From: Blasia pusilla
Taxonomy: Eukaryota
Direction of reading: 5' to 3'
DNA: 64,000 nt
NCBI GenBank assembly: GCA_050084515.1
Contig: CM114271.1
Location: 39,494,001-39,558,000, forward strand
Under the pieces are notes generated by a model. The model saw only the letters and a program-made list of their open reading frames with translations, did no database searches and was not told the origin of the DNA. The translations under genes were made by a program, and so were the position numbers. Within the stretch, counting starts at the first letter, position 1, and each line of letters starts with the position of its first letter. Positions 14,286-28,600 of the stretch are shown one piece after another.

Positions 14286-16520
14286 TCAACCTAACAAGTC
14301 AAGAGGTGGGGCACCACATTCTGTTTCTGCTTGAGGGTTCATGTATCGATCAGGATTAGAATACAAGTACCTAAAATTAGCAGAAGTCTTCCATAATATG
14401 ACAGATTCAGACAACATGTCGTCATAGTCACTTGTAGGTCCTTCTAAAGCAATCCTTAAAACAACATCTAGATGTTTAGTACCTAGTCGATTACGAGTCT
14501 TAGTCTTAATCAATTCAGAATTGAAAAAACCCTCTCACATATGGCAGTGCTAACACATTGAACCCTTGCAACATTAGCCAAAACAAGCAAGTTAGCAAAC
14601 TTACATTGTAAAGTGGGGCTCCAACTCACCATTGCCCATAAATCTCGGAAATTACGATCTTTCCACTGGGTTGTAGCCATCAACTTGAATGACTGAAATT
14701 CTTGCTTCACAACAGCAAAATTTATGATAGAAGATTGGAGATATCCCCTAAATGGTAACTCACATCCAAAATGTGCACACAAATCTTCCAAGTCCTTACA
14801 TCCCCAACTATTTAACCCAACTTGTCGAGAGGGCATGTGCAATGGGTTCAAAATCCTCATTGCATCAATAAGATTGTTATCCCTAAATCTTTCTTCAATG
14901 CTAAAAAAACACTTTCAGCATATGACTTCTGAAATAAGAGAGTAGATTACAAATCCCTGCCTGTGCGGTCTCTCAACATTTCTATGCTATGAAACTTATT
15001 ACCCCTAATCTCGGATTGCAAACGTCTAAGATATCCATCGGGAGGACCAAAATCAGGTAGGATATGATAACCTGTTTCTTCCGAAAATTTACATGCATTC
15101 AAATCTCGACTTTCCATCACAAAATTCATGGTAATAGAAGCAATCTCAGAAGTAACAATGCTGCCAATAGTACTAACATCAACAAACTTGTATTGGAAAA
15201 TCTTGCTCAAGTTAGCAAGGTTGGAAAGAATATCAGCTAAAAAATATAACTGATAGATCATTTGGAATGATCTTAACTTGTTGTATAAATTTGAGGCATT
15301 CTTTGTCATCTTCTTCAAGGGGAAATATCCCTAAAGTATGTCAATACAGACTCAAGTGAATCACACAATGTACATACAGCTTGCCAATGTGACAACCATC
15401 TTATTTTATGATACCTCTTCATAACTCGTTGAGAGTCATTCAACTTCTCTTGAAGTAATGCTAGGTTAGCTTTCCTCTTTGATGACCTTTTGAAATACCC
15501 TGCTATGACATTCAAAATAGAATCAATTTCTATTGAAATGACTTTACAATCAGGTGCTCTTGTTGCTGTTAAAGCCGCAAGATTGGTTCTGTGCGCTATA
15601 CAATGTACAGAGAGTAGAAACAGGTTTACCTTTTGCTTCAATTGAGAAGCTACCCCAATTTGGCTACCTACCATTGTAGAGGCCCCATTTGAACCAAATC
15701 CAACCATTTTGGTATACTCTAGCCCTCCATCTTTCATAAACTCCAACAAAGTATTAGTGATAGCATTAGAACATTTAGATTCACAACGAATCAACCCTAG
15801 AAAACAACGCTCAGCTTGACCCTCTTCTATGAATGTTGCAAACACAACTAAATGCCTTGTCACCGAAATATCTGTAGATTCGTTAATCAAAATCCCAAAG
15901 AAAGGAGATGATTGAACTCTAGCTAGAGTCCTCTTCATCAAAATTTGGCTAATGAAAAAACACATATCACTACAACTCTTTTCATCTTGATAAAGGTCCC
16001 TGGTGATAGGTGCATTCACACCAAGCAACAATTTACAGAGAGTCGTGAATTTTGAGAAGGGCATGGCCATCTTTGCAAGAAAATATGCACACTTGAATAA
16101 AGTCAAGAGTGCAACCTCACAGGTCCGGTTGGATGTGGCGATGGCCTTTGCCATATATTTCTTACCTCCATTGCCTGCCCAAGCAAGATTTACATGCTCG
16201 TCCGATTTTGCATGATCTATGAATGCTGAAACTTTACAATTGATTGCACCATCCCTAGCAAATACACTCTTTCCCTTACCCTTTCTACATACATTACAAT
16301 GTATCCTCCCACTTGTTTTATCAAAGCTGATCCAATCATACATTGTATACCACACATCCTTCCAAGCTACACGATTTTTCTCAGATATGGATGGAGTGCT
16401 GCCTAACATACTCTGGTCTTCCCTCTCATCAGATGATCCCGACAAAGCTATAATATCAGGCTGTTCCTTTGGAGCCTCCTTTGAGAGCAATTCATTCATG
16501 GTTCTCTGGAATTTAGCCAT
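14286..16520 (-). pseudogene. hAT (ZNF862-like) transposase broken by frameshifts
   Basis: ORFs 15315-16664, 14947-15318, 14510-14860 and 14286-14513 are collinear with the copy 3 transposase. HCIAHRTNL, KIRWLS, VSTAICER present; DES and DGA positions read NES and NGA. Confidence 0.95.
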
Positions 16521-17339
16521 ACCAAACCCAATCCAAAGCAGGGCAAAGCTGGGGAAGTCTTGAGTCAAGAGTATACAGAGGCCGTGCGTGAGGGTATTAT
16601 GAATAGTGCTACGAGTTAGAGGTGTAGGATGCCACAATCTGAACCCACTCACATCCTCAAGCACAGGAAACTACGACTCTAAATGTCTTAAACTAATGTA
16701 GTCAAGAAGCAGCCTATGCTGCCCCAATGCACAAGTTATGAGCAACAATAGGATCTCTGATGCAGTACAACAAAAGCTACAACACTAGAGAGCAATTGAC
16801 CTCAATCGATGCCATAATCAAGCTCGACCATAGTCATCATCAAGGAGACATCTGGGTGAGGACATTCGGCCATGACTAGGGCTTTGCAACATGACACAAA
16901 GATTGCTAGCAGCGTGGTTACAAGGCCGCAAGAGATCTTGCAGCGCAAACTAGGGAACTGCAACAAGAGCAAAAGCGCTCACAAAAGCGTGGGTACAAGG
17001 CGGAAAGAGACCTATGAACGTGGCTACTAGGGTTTAGGGAATAGGACTAGGACTCCAAGAGCGAAAGCATGTCACGGAGAGTGAGAGATACAGCTATGAG
17101 TTGCAGCAGGAACGAAAGGCGGCCGAACTAAACAGGCAAGAAAAGACACATTTTGGAACCGAGGCTCTGAGTGTAGCAGCAGAGGAAACGGGGACTCAGA
17201 CATAGTACATAATAGCAAGAAAGAGCGCATCAACGAGAAAGAGCACACAATACCAGGCAAGAGCGTCCTAAGCAGGCAAGAACGCAGTGACAACCGCAAG
17301 CAAGCACAACGCACACATCTCTTGCTCTTGCTGAGTCGA

Positions 17340-17580
17340 GAATGCAATAGCGAGCAAGAGTGCAGCAGCGGGCAAGTGCGCAACAGCGATCGAAGGTGCA
17401 AGAGCGAGCAAGAGTGCAGCAATGGGAAAGAGCGCTCAGCGAGCAAGGGCGCAACAGCGATCGAAGGTGCAAGAGCGAGCAAGAGTGCAGTAACGGGCAA
17501 GAGCGCTCAGCAGGCAAGGGCGCAACCGCGGTCGAAGGTGCAAGAGCGAGCAAGAGTGCAGCAACGGGCAAGAGCGCTCA
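17340..17580. repeat. Tandem repeat (~71-bp unit, ~3 copies) in the 5' region of hAT copy 2
   Basis: tcgaaggtgcaagagcgagcaagagtgcag recurs at ~17390, ~17461 and ~17532. Confidence 0.9.
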
Positions 17581-19449
17581 ACCCAGAGCCGCGGCTTAGA
17601 GTAAAGCAGCAGTGGGCAACCTCGCACAATGAACCTGGGAGAGACATACCCCCCACCCTCTCACCCTTGTCCGCGCCTCACTCTGTAGAGTCAGTCCCAC
17701 CTTGGGTTTGCTCAGTGTCGTCGGATGAGACTCCAAAGCATCGAACGGTTCTGAAGGGGTAGGCTTAAGGTTTTAGGATGCGGCTGATTTTGGGGTTTTG
17801 TAAAACCCTATACTGTGCGGCCAGGATTTGAAAACACGTTGGAGTGCATATCCGTTCCTCCATCTACCCTCCAATCACAACTCATCAGTTTTCCGGTTGC
17901 CGCCAACTATTCGAGTAGTATTCCGTTAGCCTGGAATATAATATCGGTCAAATTCAGGTGTCTCCTCCCGTCGTAGGTGTAATTCCGGTCGAGCCTCTGC
18001 AATTCCTGCGGAGTTTCCGGCTATACTGAATCTGCTCTGCCATCTTCCAAGAACTCAGTCAAATTCGTCGGAATCTCAGCCGGCCTCTCTCGAGCAGGGA
18101 CGGAAATTCCAAAAAACTTCCGGCTACGAATACTCTAAACCCCGGATCTCCCCGTTCATTGATGGGAACCATGGCTCCGGCCTCAGAATGGGTCAAACAT
18201 GGTTTTCGTGAGAGGGGAGGAAAAGGGTGATGAGGAACCCTTTTCTAATAGTATGGGCGAGAGGGGTTTCATGAACAAACATCTCTATGATCATAACAAC
18301 TCCTTTTGGAGTTGTTATGATCTCGACACCTGTCCCTTTTAATATATTAGTTTCATTGAATTAAACTAGATGAGAAAGGAGGCTTATTTCACCCGTGCCG
18401 GGCACTCAATAGTAGGAATTATAAAAGAAGTGGACTCAAGGAGTAGAAGATGGTATGCTACACTTTCGCTCGTTGTAAGAACAGTCTGAGGAGAACTGGT
18501 ACTAAGGACCGGGTCCCATGTGGCCGAGGTCGCAAAGATTGTCCTAGATCCGTGTGATCCAACGAACTATAAAGCAAAACAAGGATGGCACTTGGACATT
18601 GTTCGTGCCACGGGAAAACAAGGCGCAAGTTTCTATGATTTCTACCCAAGGAGTAGCTGAAAACCGAGAAATTCATTTTCAGATGTATGTTACTACCCAT
18701 CTGCCGGTATAGTCGCTTCGATCATGTAGGGTTTGGATGCATGGGACCCGCTTCTAAGGTGCAATGGGCTAGGTTTTCTTTTTATCCCATATAAATATAA
18801 AAAAATGTTGTGTGAAATTTTCATTTATAAGAGAAATATGACTTCCCAACATTATCTTATGGTTTATTTTTATAGTAAATTGGATTTATATGAAATCATT
18901 ATACTTACTTCGACAAGATGACTTATAATTTTCTATGTACAAAAAATTATCTATTTCTAAGTATACATTATATATATTTGAAAGTTAGAGAAAATATCCT
19001 TTCAAAAAAATAGAAATATGAATGGAAAAAATAAGAAATGGATGGATAATACCTCTCAATTGTATATATCAAGACGTGACTTCTACATTAATTTCATCCA
19101 TATCTTTGTCGCTTGTTGTTCAACCAATTTATTCTTCAAGAATTTTATATCACGAAATCTTCTTGATGAATTCCATATAAAGTGCCAATGAGATTAGTAA
19201 TCTTGTTTCTTGTTTGTTCTATTGACCACATCACATGATAATATAAATGATATCTTCTCCCAAAAAAAGGTGATATTGCCCCACATGCACTAACCCTTTC
19301 AAAAATTAATTTAATCCATCCCTAAGCATATATTACCTTCCCAATTTGTATTCCCATGTTGCTTATAACTTTTGAGACTTGCGCATATTAAGATAATAAG
19401 AAAAATATCTTTATGGTGGTTTGAACTCTTTGTGCCTATTATATGCGAT

Positions 19450-20700
19450 CAACTATATGAAGTACTTGATAAGTGTTTCCCCATATGAAGTCATTATAGT
19501 ATTTGGTGGAGGCCCTCATATAACAAGTAGAAAAACTTATGAATTTTATTATATATAATATTCCAAAGTTCATTTTCCTTCATTTAATTGATCCTCTCCA
19601 ATAATGACTAGTTGTAATAATGCAACTAGATCCTACATATATTCCTCTAATATAATGGCCTAGAAATGTATGTATGAAATATAGGTTGGGGCATGTCAAG
19701 AAAGGCTCAAATGTGCAGACGGTGAAAATTGATGGATATCGATAACAAAATGAGGAAAGATTATTCTACACATAAATTTTTTACTAACATGATATTTTGT
19801 CTTTACGATAGTCTTATTGATGGTACCAAATGATTTTCCTATGGAGTGTTATAAGCTAAAATGATGGTGAAGACTTCACGAATTGAAGGGTGGAGCTGAT
19901 ATGAATATGAAATGCCTCTTGTCATCAACAAAGGAACTCACTATCATCCTCTTGAAGACCTAGTTGAATACTAATATCCTTGAATGTTGGATAAAATACT
20001 CCATCAATGGTTCTTACATTTTCTTAAGAAGTTGAACCTTGAACATGATATATGTACAAGTAATATCAACCAATGATGTTTTCCTTCCTTTGTAGAACAA
20101 GTAAACACATACAATAAATTTAGTAAATTAAATTCAATAAATCTCGTAATAAATAAAATGATAACATTGAAAAGATAATATTGAAAAGATAATATTTATA
20201 TGTTCTGGATATGTGAGATATAAACATCAATTCTTTTAAACACAACCATTATGCTAACATATATAAAAATATTATTTTTCTTCCTCCAATAATAGAAAGA
20301 GGGGGGAACTCTAGACTGAGGATCCACACCATCTATTGCAAACCATTCTATAAGGGTGATCTTTGTGTTTCTTCCTAGAGCCTCTTCTTAGCCCTCATGA
20401 TCATTATAATACACCACTTGTGCATCAAGAAGAGGTATTGCTAAACTCATAAATCTTGGTATTTCCTTGTACAAACTAAACGTGAATAGGCTTCAAGATG
20501 CTCCAAAAGAAGAGTGATATCTATAATAGTTATAAAAGAATGATTTTTTTTTAGTGTAGTGGGATACGAGAAAAAGGAACAAAATCATAAAAAATAAATG
20601 AGAAGAAATCCATTGTATTATCTTGCATCATTGGTGTTATAGAGTTTTATCAATAAGTATTATGTTTTTGTTTGTATTTGCAACATGGCATAAGACAAAG
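19450..20700 (-). pseudogene. Helitron RepHel remnant
   Basis: Minus-strand GSTS*ENVRTIDGVFYPTFKDISIQLGLQEDDSEF (~19930-20040) and KITLIEWFAIDGVDPQSR (~20310-20365) match conserved segments between the Helitron Rep and helicase domains. Confidence 0.65.
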
Positions 20701-20927
20701 GATACCACATCAAAGTCCTTGTACACAATTTTAAAAAATCTTAAATCATAAAGATACTATCAGTGATCTCCATGTTAATGAGGCAATCATATAGCATATA
20801 CAAAGAAGAGGATTTTATGGCAAAAACATACATACATACATACAATAAATATGTAACTTGTCGTGTGTATACACATTACTGGGCACATGTATACATCTCA
20901 CTACACTGATTTTCCCAACATGGGGGG

Positions 20928-21407
20928 GTTGGAAATGGGATTGATTGGATTTCTTGAAATGATATTTATTAACATGTTTCTTCCATGCACAAAAGATTGC
21001 ATCAGCGTACATGAACCTACTTTCACATGGTGTTTTTTCCCCTAGGTTGTGTTTTTTGTTTTTTTGTTGCCTTAAAAAAATTTTGCCCTCTTGTGATGAG
21101 TTTTTCCTATGAAGGTCTGCACGAGCAGATGTCAATTCAAAAATAATTTGGGATAAATCAAGGCCATTGTTGGAAATGGGATTGATTGGATTTCTTGAAA
21201 TGATATTTTTTAACATGTCTCTTCCATGCACAAAAGATTGCATCAGCCTACATGAACCTACTTTCACATGGTGTTTTTTCCCTAGGTTGTGTTTTTTTGC
21301 TTTTTTGTTGCCTTTAAAAATTTTTGCCCTCTTGTGATGAGTTTTTCCTATGAAGGTCTGCACGAGCAGATGTCAATTCAAAAATAATTTGGGATAAATC
21401 AAGGCCA
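20928..21407. repeat. Near-identical tandem duplication, 241-bp period
   Basis: gttggaaatgggattgattgg...gggataaatcaaggcca begins at 20928 and 21169. Confidence 0.95.
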
Positions 21408-23077
21408 GTTTTTAGTTTCAGAAGCCGTGGTAGTCGTAGACTTGCAACTTGTAAAATTAAGAACTTAACTTACAATTAGTGAATATGATATAACTCAAAA
21501 TTTCCATTTTTTTACACTCACAATCTTGTCACACTTGGCTCGTAATATGCTTGTAATGAAATCGCATTAAAGCCAATTTTGAGTTTGACTCACAAATAAC
21601 TCGAAAAACTATGAAATTATAGGTACCAAACTTATGGATGTTCTTGCTGGATCTTTGCTTGCAAGATATATAAGAGAAGGAAAAACCTTGTACCAATCAA
21701 CGGTTTGGAAGATGGGACTAGTGATTCAGAGGGAAAGCATGAGTGATATCCAACATAGGCTTTATTGATTAGTGATCAAATTTATTATACTCTCTTTCTT
21801 AACCCTAAATTTCCAAGTTTTCCGTTTCCTCTTAATTGTAGATTGGTGATGAAGTTTCCTTCATTGAGCCAAGAAATGCCCATCATGTGATTAGTTATGG
21901 GGGAGGTTTGGACTACACATCAATCTCAATCTAACATCTCTTAATTCCAATTAGTGAACAAATGACTTAATAGAGTCATATAATGACTTACCCAATCTCT
22001 CCATGATTATTTTATGACTAGCATTTGATTCATAACATGACATATATATATTCACGCAATGGAAAAATATATTATTGGAATGACTCGACGAGTAATAACC
22101 CAAAATAACTTCGAGTTAAACAATGGCTCTAAGTCATTCCGGATAAATCATGATCCGACTTAATCACAAGTCATATAATGATTACACGAGTTAAAAATTA
22201 CTAAAATTGAGTCATAACATAAGTCATAGAAATAGCTTGTCATAATGATAACGAGAATGATAATTTATGGCATTCTCCATATCAACAGATGATATGGATT
22301 TCCATGTTATTAATAATATATACAAGTATCATAAATACTTTGTCGTTTTGTCCACATCACGTGTATAATTCAAACCAATCATGAGGTATTTTTGCATGAT
22401 TGAGCATGAATTAATGACTCTAGTGAAGTGAGTAATAAAAAAATATAACTTTTCTTTTAAGAGTGATGGAGTCATTAGTCATACTCACTCATGGTTTGCA
22501 AGATATGACTGTAGGGAGTCATGGGTTCCAATTAAAAAATACCCTTTTCTTCTAAGGAAGCAATCTCAAGGATGGATGGTTAGGGATGTATGCATTGTGT
22601 CCAAAAAACACGACCCCATGGAGTTAACAAGTGGTTTGGTAGAGTACTATGTAGAGTGCAATGTAAGTCTATGGGAATGTCCTTATACCATCCATGTTGG
22701 TGAGCTTGTAGAGGTATAGGGTAGGAGATACATAATGAAAGATTCAACTCTAGGTCTTGGGATATTTGCTCTTGATAAGATAGTCCTTGACAAGGAATGT
22801 GACATCATCATAGATTTCCACTCTACTCCTCACTAGCTTACGATTAGATCTCGATCTTGAGTCTTGTGAGCGGAAGTTTTGGGTTGAGTCTCGAAGACCC
22901 AATCAATTGCGTATTTCGTAAACAAGTTAGGATTGGCGGTTAACGCTTAAATGTTCCAAGTCCCCAAACTATCTCCCTAGGAAGCCTCTTCCCCAAGTCT
23001 TGACCAATTTTCTCAAGGTACATCCTGAATGGATCCTAAGCTCGAACCTAAAACGTTAACATGACCAAACACAAAAC

Positions 23078-23200
<123 letters not shown>

Positions 23201-24399
23201 CTTAAAATCCCATGATGACTTGGGGAAGCCATGGCATATTCCATCCATCTTTACTTCCCCAAACACATCTTGGAAACTTACCTTGCATTTTTGTTCGTCT
23301 CATAGCTAGTTCCTATCTTGATTCTTGCCTTTTGGCATCTCATGGTTGTGTTAGCACCCTTTGTGTTTTGTGGCTAGTCTCATGGCATATCATCCCTCTT
23401 GACTACTTCCCTTTTTCTTGCTATTCTCCTTCGATTTGGAACTCAACTCAAAATTCTTACACAATTCTTCCATCGTCCACATTCTCGAGAGTGTCTACGT
23501 CTCTTTTCTCCTAAGGTTAGTGTCAAAGCATATGCCCATCTTGACTAGCATCAACCCTGTGATAGATTTTGCTGCCCTTTCTTGTCTTGCGAGTAGCTAG
23601 TCTAGGTTTTGACCTCATACCAAGATCTCTCTTCCTTTAAACCAAATCATGACTTGCTTCTTAGGCCCCAGAGTATCTCTTGTCTCTACACGTTGTGTGT
23701 GAGAAACTCTTATTATCAAAAATATATTCATAATGATCATGAATGATTCAGTATCATAACTAGGTACATTCAATCATTTTGGTCCAATTTTGAGGGAAAT
23801 TCCCTATGGAAGAAACCACTCGTGTTGTCCCTTATGGAGGGACGACACAAGTGGTTTTTCTTGTGATGGGATGAATGCTCGAGGATCAAGCAAGCTCTCC
23901 ACGGAGGGATGACATGGGACAATGTGGATGAGGATACTAACTATGATGGCAGATTGAATCACATCCAGGAGGCATTTGATCAATTGCTTGATGAAGACAT
24001 GGAAGATTTTCCCGATGAACATTTCTATGATATCAATGTCGACATGTGTGGAACACTTTCCCCAACTCCAGATTAGCTACCCCACAACAATTAAGCCATG
24101 AAGGTATTGTTCCAAAAGGTCAATAGCTTACCAAGTTACTACGAGGTTATATATGCATGCACTTATGACTAATACTTCTATCAAGAGCATGGATTATTCT
24201 TGACGTCTTGCCTATATTTTTGAGTCACACGTTATTAAGATGACATGTGAGGAGGTATCCCTCAAAAGACGCTTTGTCAATTATAAGTTACAACGAGTAC
24301 ATAGTCATCTTCGTTTGACTACAATAGCTTCGTTGGATATATAAGCTTTCTCTTTATGTACATTTCTAGGCGGGTCATTTCTCTAGCCCTATGTGTAAT

Positions 24400-25090
24400 C
24401 CTTCTTCATGTGACTTGCCTTACTATAGGTCCAACATATACCGTTCACATTATTGCTACTAGATCGAGACTTTGATTTAAAATATATTTACCTCTTCCCT
24501 CACTCCTACATCATGCAACAAGAGCCCTTGAGTTCCTATCCTTATTGCTCGACATCTTTCTAAACTCCTTAGAAAATAATATTGTAGTGATCTCATCTAA
24601 CTCTATCATATCATACAACAAAGTAACAACTAGGTTCTCAAAAGAACTAGGCAACAATGTCAACATAGGCAACAATAGCGACGCTTTGTCTTTATCTTCT
24701 AGTTTTTCCTCCATACTAGGCAAATCACACATGACTCGATTGAAAGTGTTCAAATGCTCCATAAAGTTTTCACTTTCTTTCATGCGCAAAGTATTGAACT
24801 TATACTTAAGTATAATGAAGTAGTCGAAGACTTCGCCATTGCTTCATAACTTTATCCACAATTTGGATAAAGAATCTTTGATGACATTATACAACACCTT
24901 TGCAAGACTCATACACACAAATTGTATTGACCGCTCTCAAATCTATGTCCTCCCATTCAAAAGCAGTCTTGTCCACGGGTTTCTCTCCAATGCCCTATGC
25001 CATCCTTGCTAGACCAGCAAGTCTCACTTTATTTGCCACAATCCAAAATTGTTGTTCCCATTGAATTTCTCCGGTTCAAACTTTGAATTG
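24400..25090 (-). pseudogene. Ty1/Copia gag remnant
   Basis: KFEPEKFNGNNNFGLWQIKV at ~25025-25085 and MKESENFMEHLNTFNRV...DKASLLL...LPSSFENLVVTLLY (Retrotran_gag_2-like). Confidence 0.85.
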
Positions 25091-25467
25091 AAAATCTTTT
25101 ATGCAATTGCAAAATTTCCTTTCCTTCAGAGGTAATATGAGATTTCATACTTCCCCTCTGGAAAGAGCTTTATTTCTTTTAGAATACTTTTCCTCAATAA
25201 CATCCCTTCATCAATTACCAACATGGATTCCTTAAAATCCATCCCATTTCATGTGAACGTCTAGATATAGATAGGCGGATGATATTCACTAGAGGGGAAA
25301 AAAATTAGAGACTCAATTGATAGAGTAATAACAAGGTAAGAATGAGTGTCTTCTTATTAATTTTAAATTATCCAATTCTAGAGATATCTTGATTCACAAA
25401 ATACATTGAAAAGTAATTTGGTGAGTTCTAAACAACTCGTATGGTTTGAGAGGACCCTCATGCATTG

Positions 25468-25605
25468 CTAATACTCTCTTTCAAGAAACTCCGCAAGCTC
25501 GACCTCCTCATCTATTCCGCTCGCATCAATTTTGGGCTTTCGCTTCTTCTTCTCCAAGATCACTTTGTACATGGGTGGTTTCCCAAGTCTTTTGAAGATT
25601 GGAGC
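25468..25605 (-). CDS. CFAP100: CFAP100 terminal exon
   Basis: cag|APIFKRLGKPPMYKVILEKKKRKPKIDASGIDEEVELAEFLEREY*. Confidence 0.85.
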   Translation of the reverse strand, partial: APIFKRLGKPPMYKVILEKKKRKPKIDASGIDEEVELAEFLEREY

Positions 25606-28600
25606 CTGCCATCAAATACTCAAATCACAAATATGTCACGACTATCACACATTCCTTCATGGTAGGCAAGTGGATCGTAACCCCTTTGTGCTTCACATTA
25701 TGGGCTTCCTTCATAGGACTTAGCATGACGCATGTTTGAATCCTCCATATTCTAACATCTATTAACAAAGGATATACTATCTTCATATTTTAAAATAAGG
25801 AATGAATGACACATGTATGCCTAAGCAATGAGACAAGTTTTTCAAGGAAGTTCAATTTGTACTACTATTAGAGAGTGATTTCTTGACTTGCAAATACCTA
25901 TAAGCTTGAGACGTATCGATGGCAATAATGCAACAAGAGAATGGTTCTCATACCACAAGCAACAAGAAAATCTTTTGGAAGGCAACAATTTTATTTTATT
26001 TTTAATTTATGTGCAGCATGATTAGATTAGTCTTGTGAGTTGTACACTAGTTTTATACATATTTGACTTCGGGAATGGCTGCTAAGGAAGAAGTAGTTTC
26101 TTTTATGAGGTAAAAAAGAAAGCCTATGTTGACAGATATGTGTTAGCATCAGGAATGGTTCATACGTGTCTTTTCTAAAATTTCTTCCAGAAAGTTTAGA
26201 AAAGACACGTATGTCATAGATGTCTTCTCTAGAGGAAAGAATTTCTTCCAGGAAGTCCAATGTTTGTGACACATGCACTCTCTTGCATGCAAGACAATCT
26301 GGTTATTGGGCCGTGATGAAGTCTCCGTCTTTTTCATCAAATCCGGCTGAATGCAACACATGAGCATGCGATACACTCCATCCTTTTCATGAAACCCGGC
26401 CAAGAGCAACACATGAGCATGCGATACTGGTGTTTAAGTGTGTAGGAGCTAGTGCAGTGAGACAGCCAAACTTGTCATCCAAAAACACCGGACAATTCTC
26501 CTGAACTGCATAGCCCACCTCCAAACGAGGCAGAGGATTGGGGATCTGTTTCATTCCCTTTTTTACACTTGGATCCATAGGAAAATGGGTTGGGAGTTTA
26601 CTTTCAGTGTGCACTTGTTGGCCTGACTCAGACTATATGTGAGTGAGGGAGTGAGTGAGGTGTTTGTGAGAAGAGTTCAAAGTTTTGGAGTATATATGCC
26701 CACCCTTGCACGCTCTAGGCTGCGAATTCGACGGGCTTCGTGCTCTTGGCGTAGCAGCTCCAGCTTCTGCTGACGTACTTTTAGTCTCCTGTCTTTCTCT
26801 CGAAGTCTCTCCTGCTGCTCCACATATTCATCTGGTATGTGATCCACACAAACCAGATTCTCTTCAAGTTTGGCCTGTGCAGATGCAAATGATTACTTCA
26901 CAGGAATATGAAACGTCTATCTGCCCATTTCTTAATTGATCACATGTTAAGAATTTCATTTCTATCAGGATTGGGATCTCTATCGTGCTTTCGTTTCAGT
27001 CATAGAACATGGATGGAGTGTAGAGTCATGTTCAAGGGACACGTAATTAGACAGGAAAATTAGATAAAATCTAAATGGTCCTGAAAAGAACACAACCATG
27101 AAGTACCTCAATGTTCGTAAGCAACTGAATTGGGCTCAGAGAAGCATCACTGTCTAGCCCGACTCTTGCGTAAGTCTCCACAACCTTTTTTGTCAATTGC
27201 TCCAGAGAAATCTCGTGCTTTTTGTCGTCAATATTCAAGCTGGTCTTGGACTGCATTAACCGCTGCCTGTCGTCTTCGTTCTTCACAGCAACCTCAATTG
27301 CCTATTGGCATTGGTGATGGGATACTTAGAGATCGATATCTGTTATGTGTCTTTTCAATCTATAACTCAGATCGAGAACTCTAATGAATCACGCTTAGCC
27401 CATAAACTTTTAGAACATTAAAAAAATAAAAATCCTATGAAGGAAATCAGACCCAGGGCACCAAGGAGTCACTCTCAGCATGTAAAATGAAGAGTCGCAT
27501 CATAAAAAGTTCTTAGTTTGCAGCCTTTTGGAGCCTTTAGGGGATTTCCCTCCTGTCTGTTGTGTTGTGTTTGGAACATTTGTGTGCTCTAGTATCCCGA
27601 GCATCAAAGAACACCATTAAGCACAGTTTCATTTCACGTGCCATGCCTGCAGCTGTGTTCGCAAGCCTGCTATTCTGGCATCATTCTTGGCTTGCGCTTC
27701 ACGAAACTTCGTCTTGAGGACTTCCAAGGCGCCCTCAACATCCTGGCTCTGCTGCATGAGAGCTAGATTCTCCACTTCGAGATCACTGAATATTTCGAGC
27801 AGCTGTACCATCGCTGCCAACAAACTGTCAGTTATCCAGAGATCATACGACAAGAATCCCTCAGAAGTCTCCACGAGGCCAATCTGCTTCAAACCTGCCG
27901 CACTGTTAAGTTTGTACTCGTTGTGTTCTCCATCCAAGTAGTGAATCCTACTCTCGTAGAGATAGGTTTATCGTTCAGTTTTGTTTCCAAAGAGTTCAGA
28001 AAATGCTCAGGATTAAGTACAGGAAGTTGAAAAGAAGTCATGAGTGCGGTATGCCAAAAGCACCTGGCGGGGTTGTTGAAAATACATGGTCTCTTCCACT
28101 TCTACCTCATCATCAATGTCATCCCCAGGGGCTGTGGGTAGTGGCTGGTCACCTGTTCACAAGTTCATCTCTGCTGAGTTTATGAGTTTCTTTTGACATG
28201 GACGAGAGGCTGGAGTTTAGCTTGATTGTTCTCCACCTTTCCATAATGTTATATAAGATGTTCCTCAAGTACAATCGGGTTTCTTCAGAAGAATCACCTA
28301 TCTTTCACCCTCTGAAATGGAACATTGCATTAACCTCATTGTCTCACCATGAGTACAAGATATGCTGAGTTAAACTTCACAGATGCAGAGGATGGTAATT
28401 GGCGTGACAAGCCTTCATTCCCTAGAGTGCTGTCCGAAAATTTCCATAAGATCACTTTTGATTTTACGTGCATCTAATTGCAATTTGGAATATAACAATT
28501 TCTCAGAAGATTAGAGGTGATCAGCATGAATCAGCTTCACCCACCATGAAACTTGCTTTTCTCACTGGAGACTGAAGAATTTTCTGGACTCTTGGTTGGG

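Larger units (their letters stand above)
13763..18161 (-). mobile_element. hAT DNA transposon (copy 2), complete, with 8-bp TSD
   Basis: TSD ATGGGAAC at 13755-13762 and 18162-18169. Ends caaggtccgggag... and ...ctccccgttcattg match those of copy 3. Confidence 0.95.

Noticed and set aside
17072-17762. Repetitive ORFs and a CRISPR-like look of the 71-bp repeats
   Set aside because: Simple tandem repeat without unique spacers, in a eukaryotic hAT element with no cas genes.
26149-26350. Alternative last exon of CFAP100 (PDLMKKT...)
   Set aside because: The exon at 25468-25605 matches the family C-terminus (APxFKxxGKP) much better.
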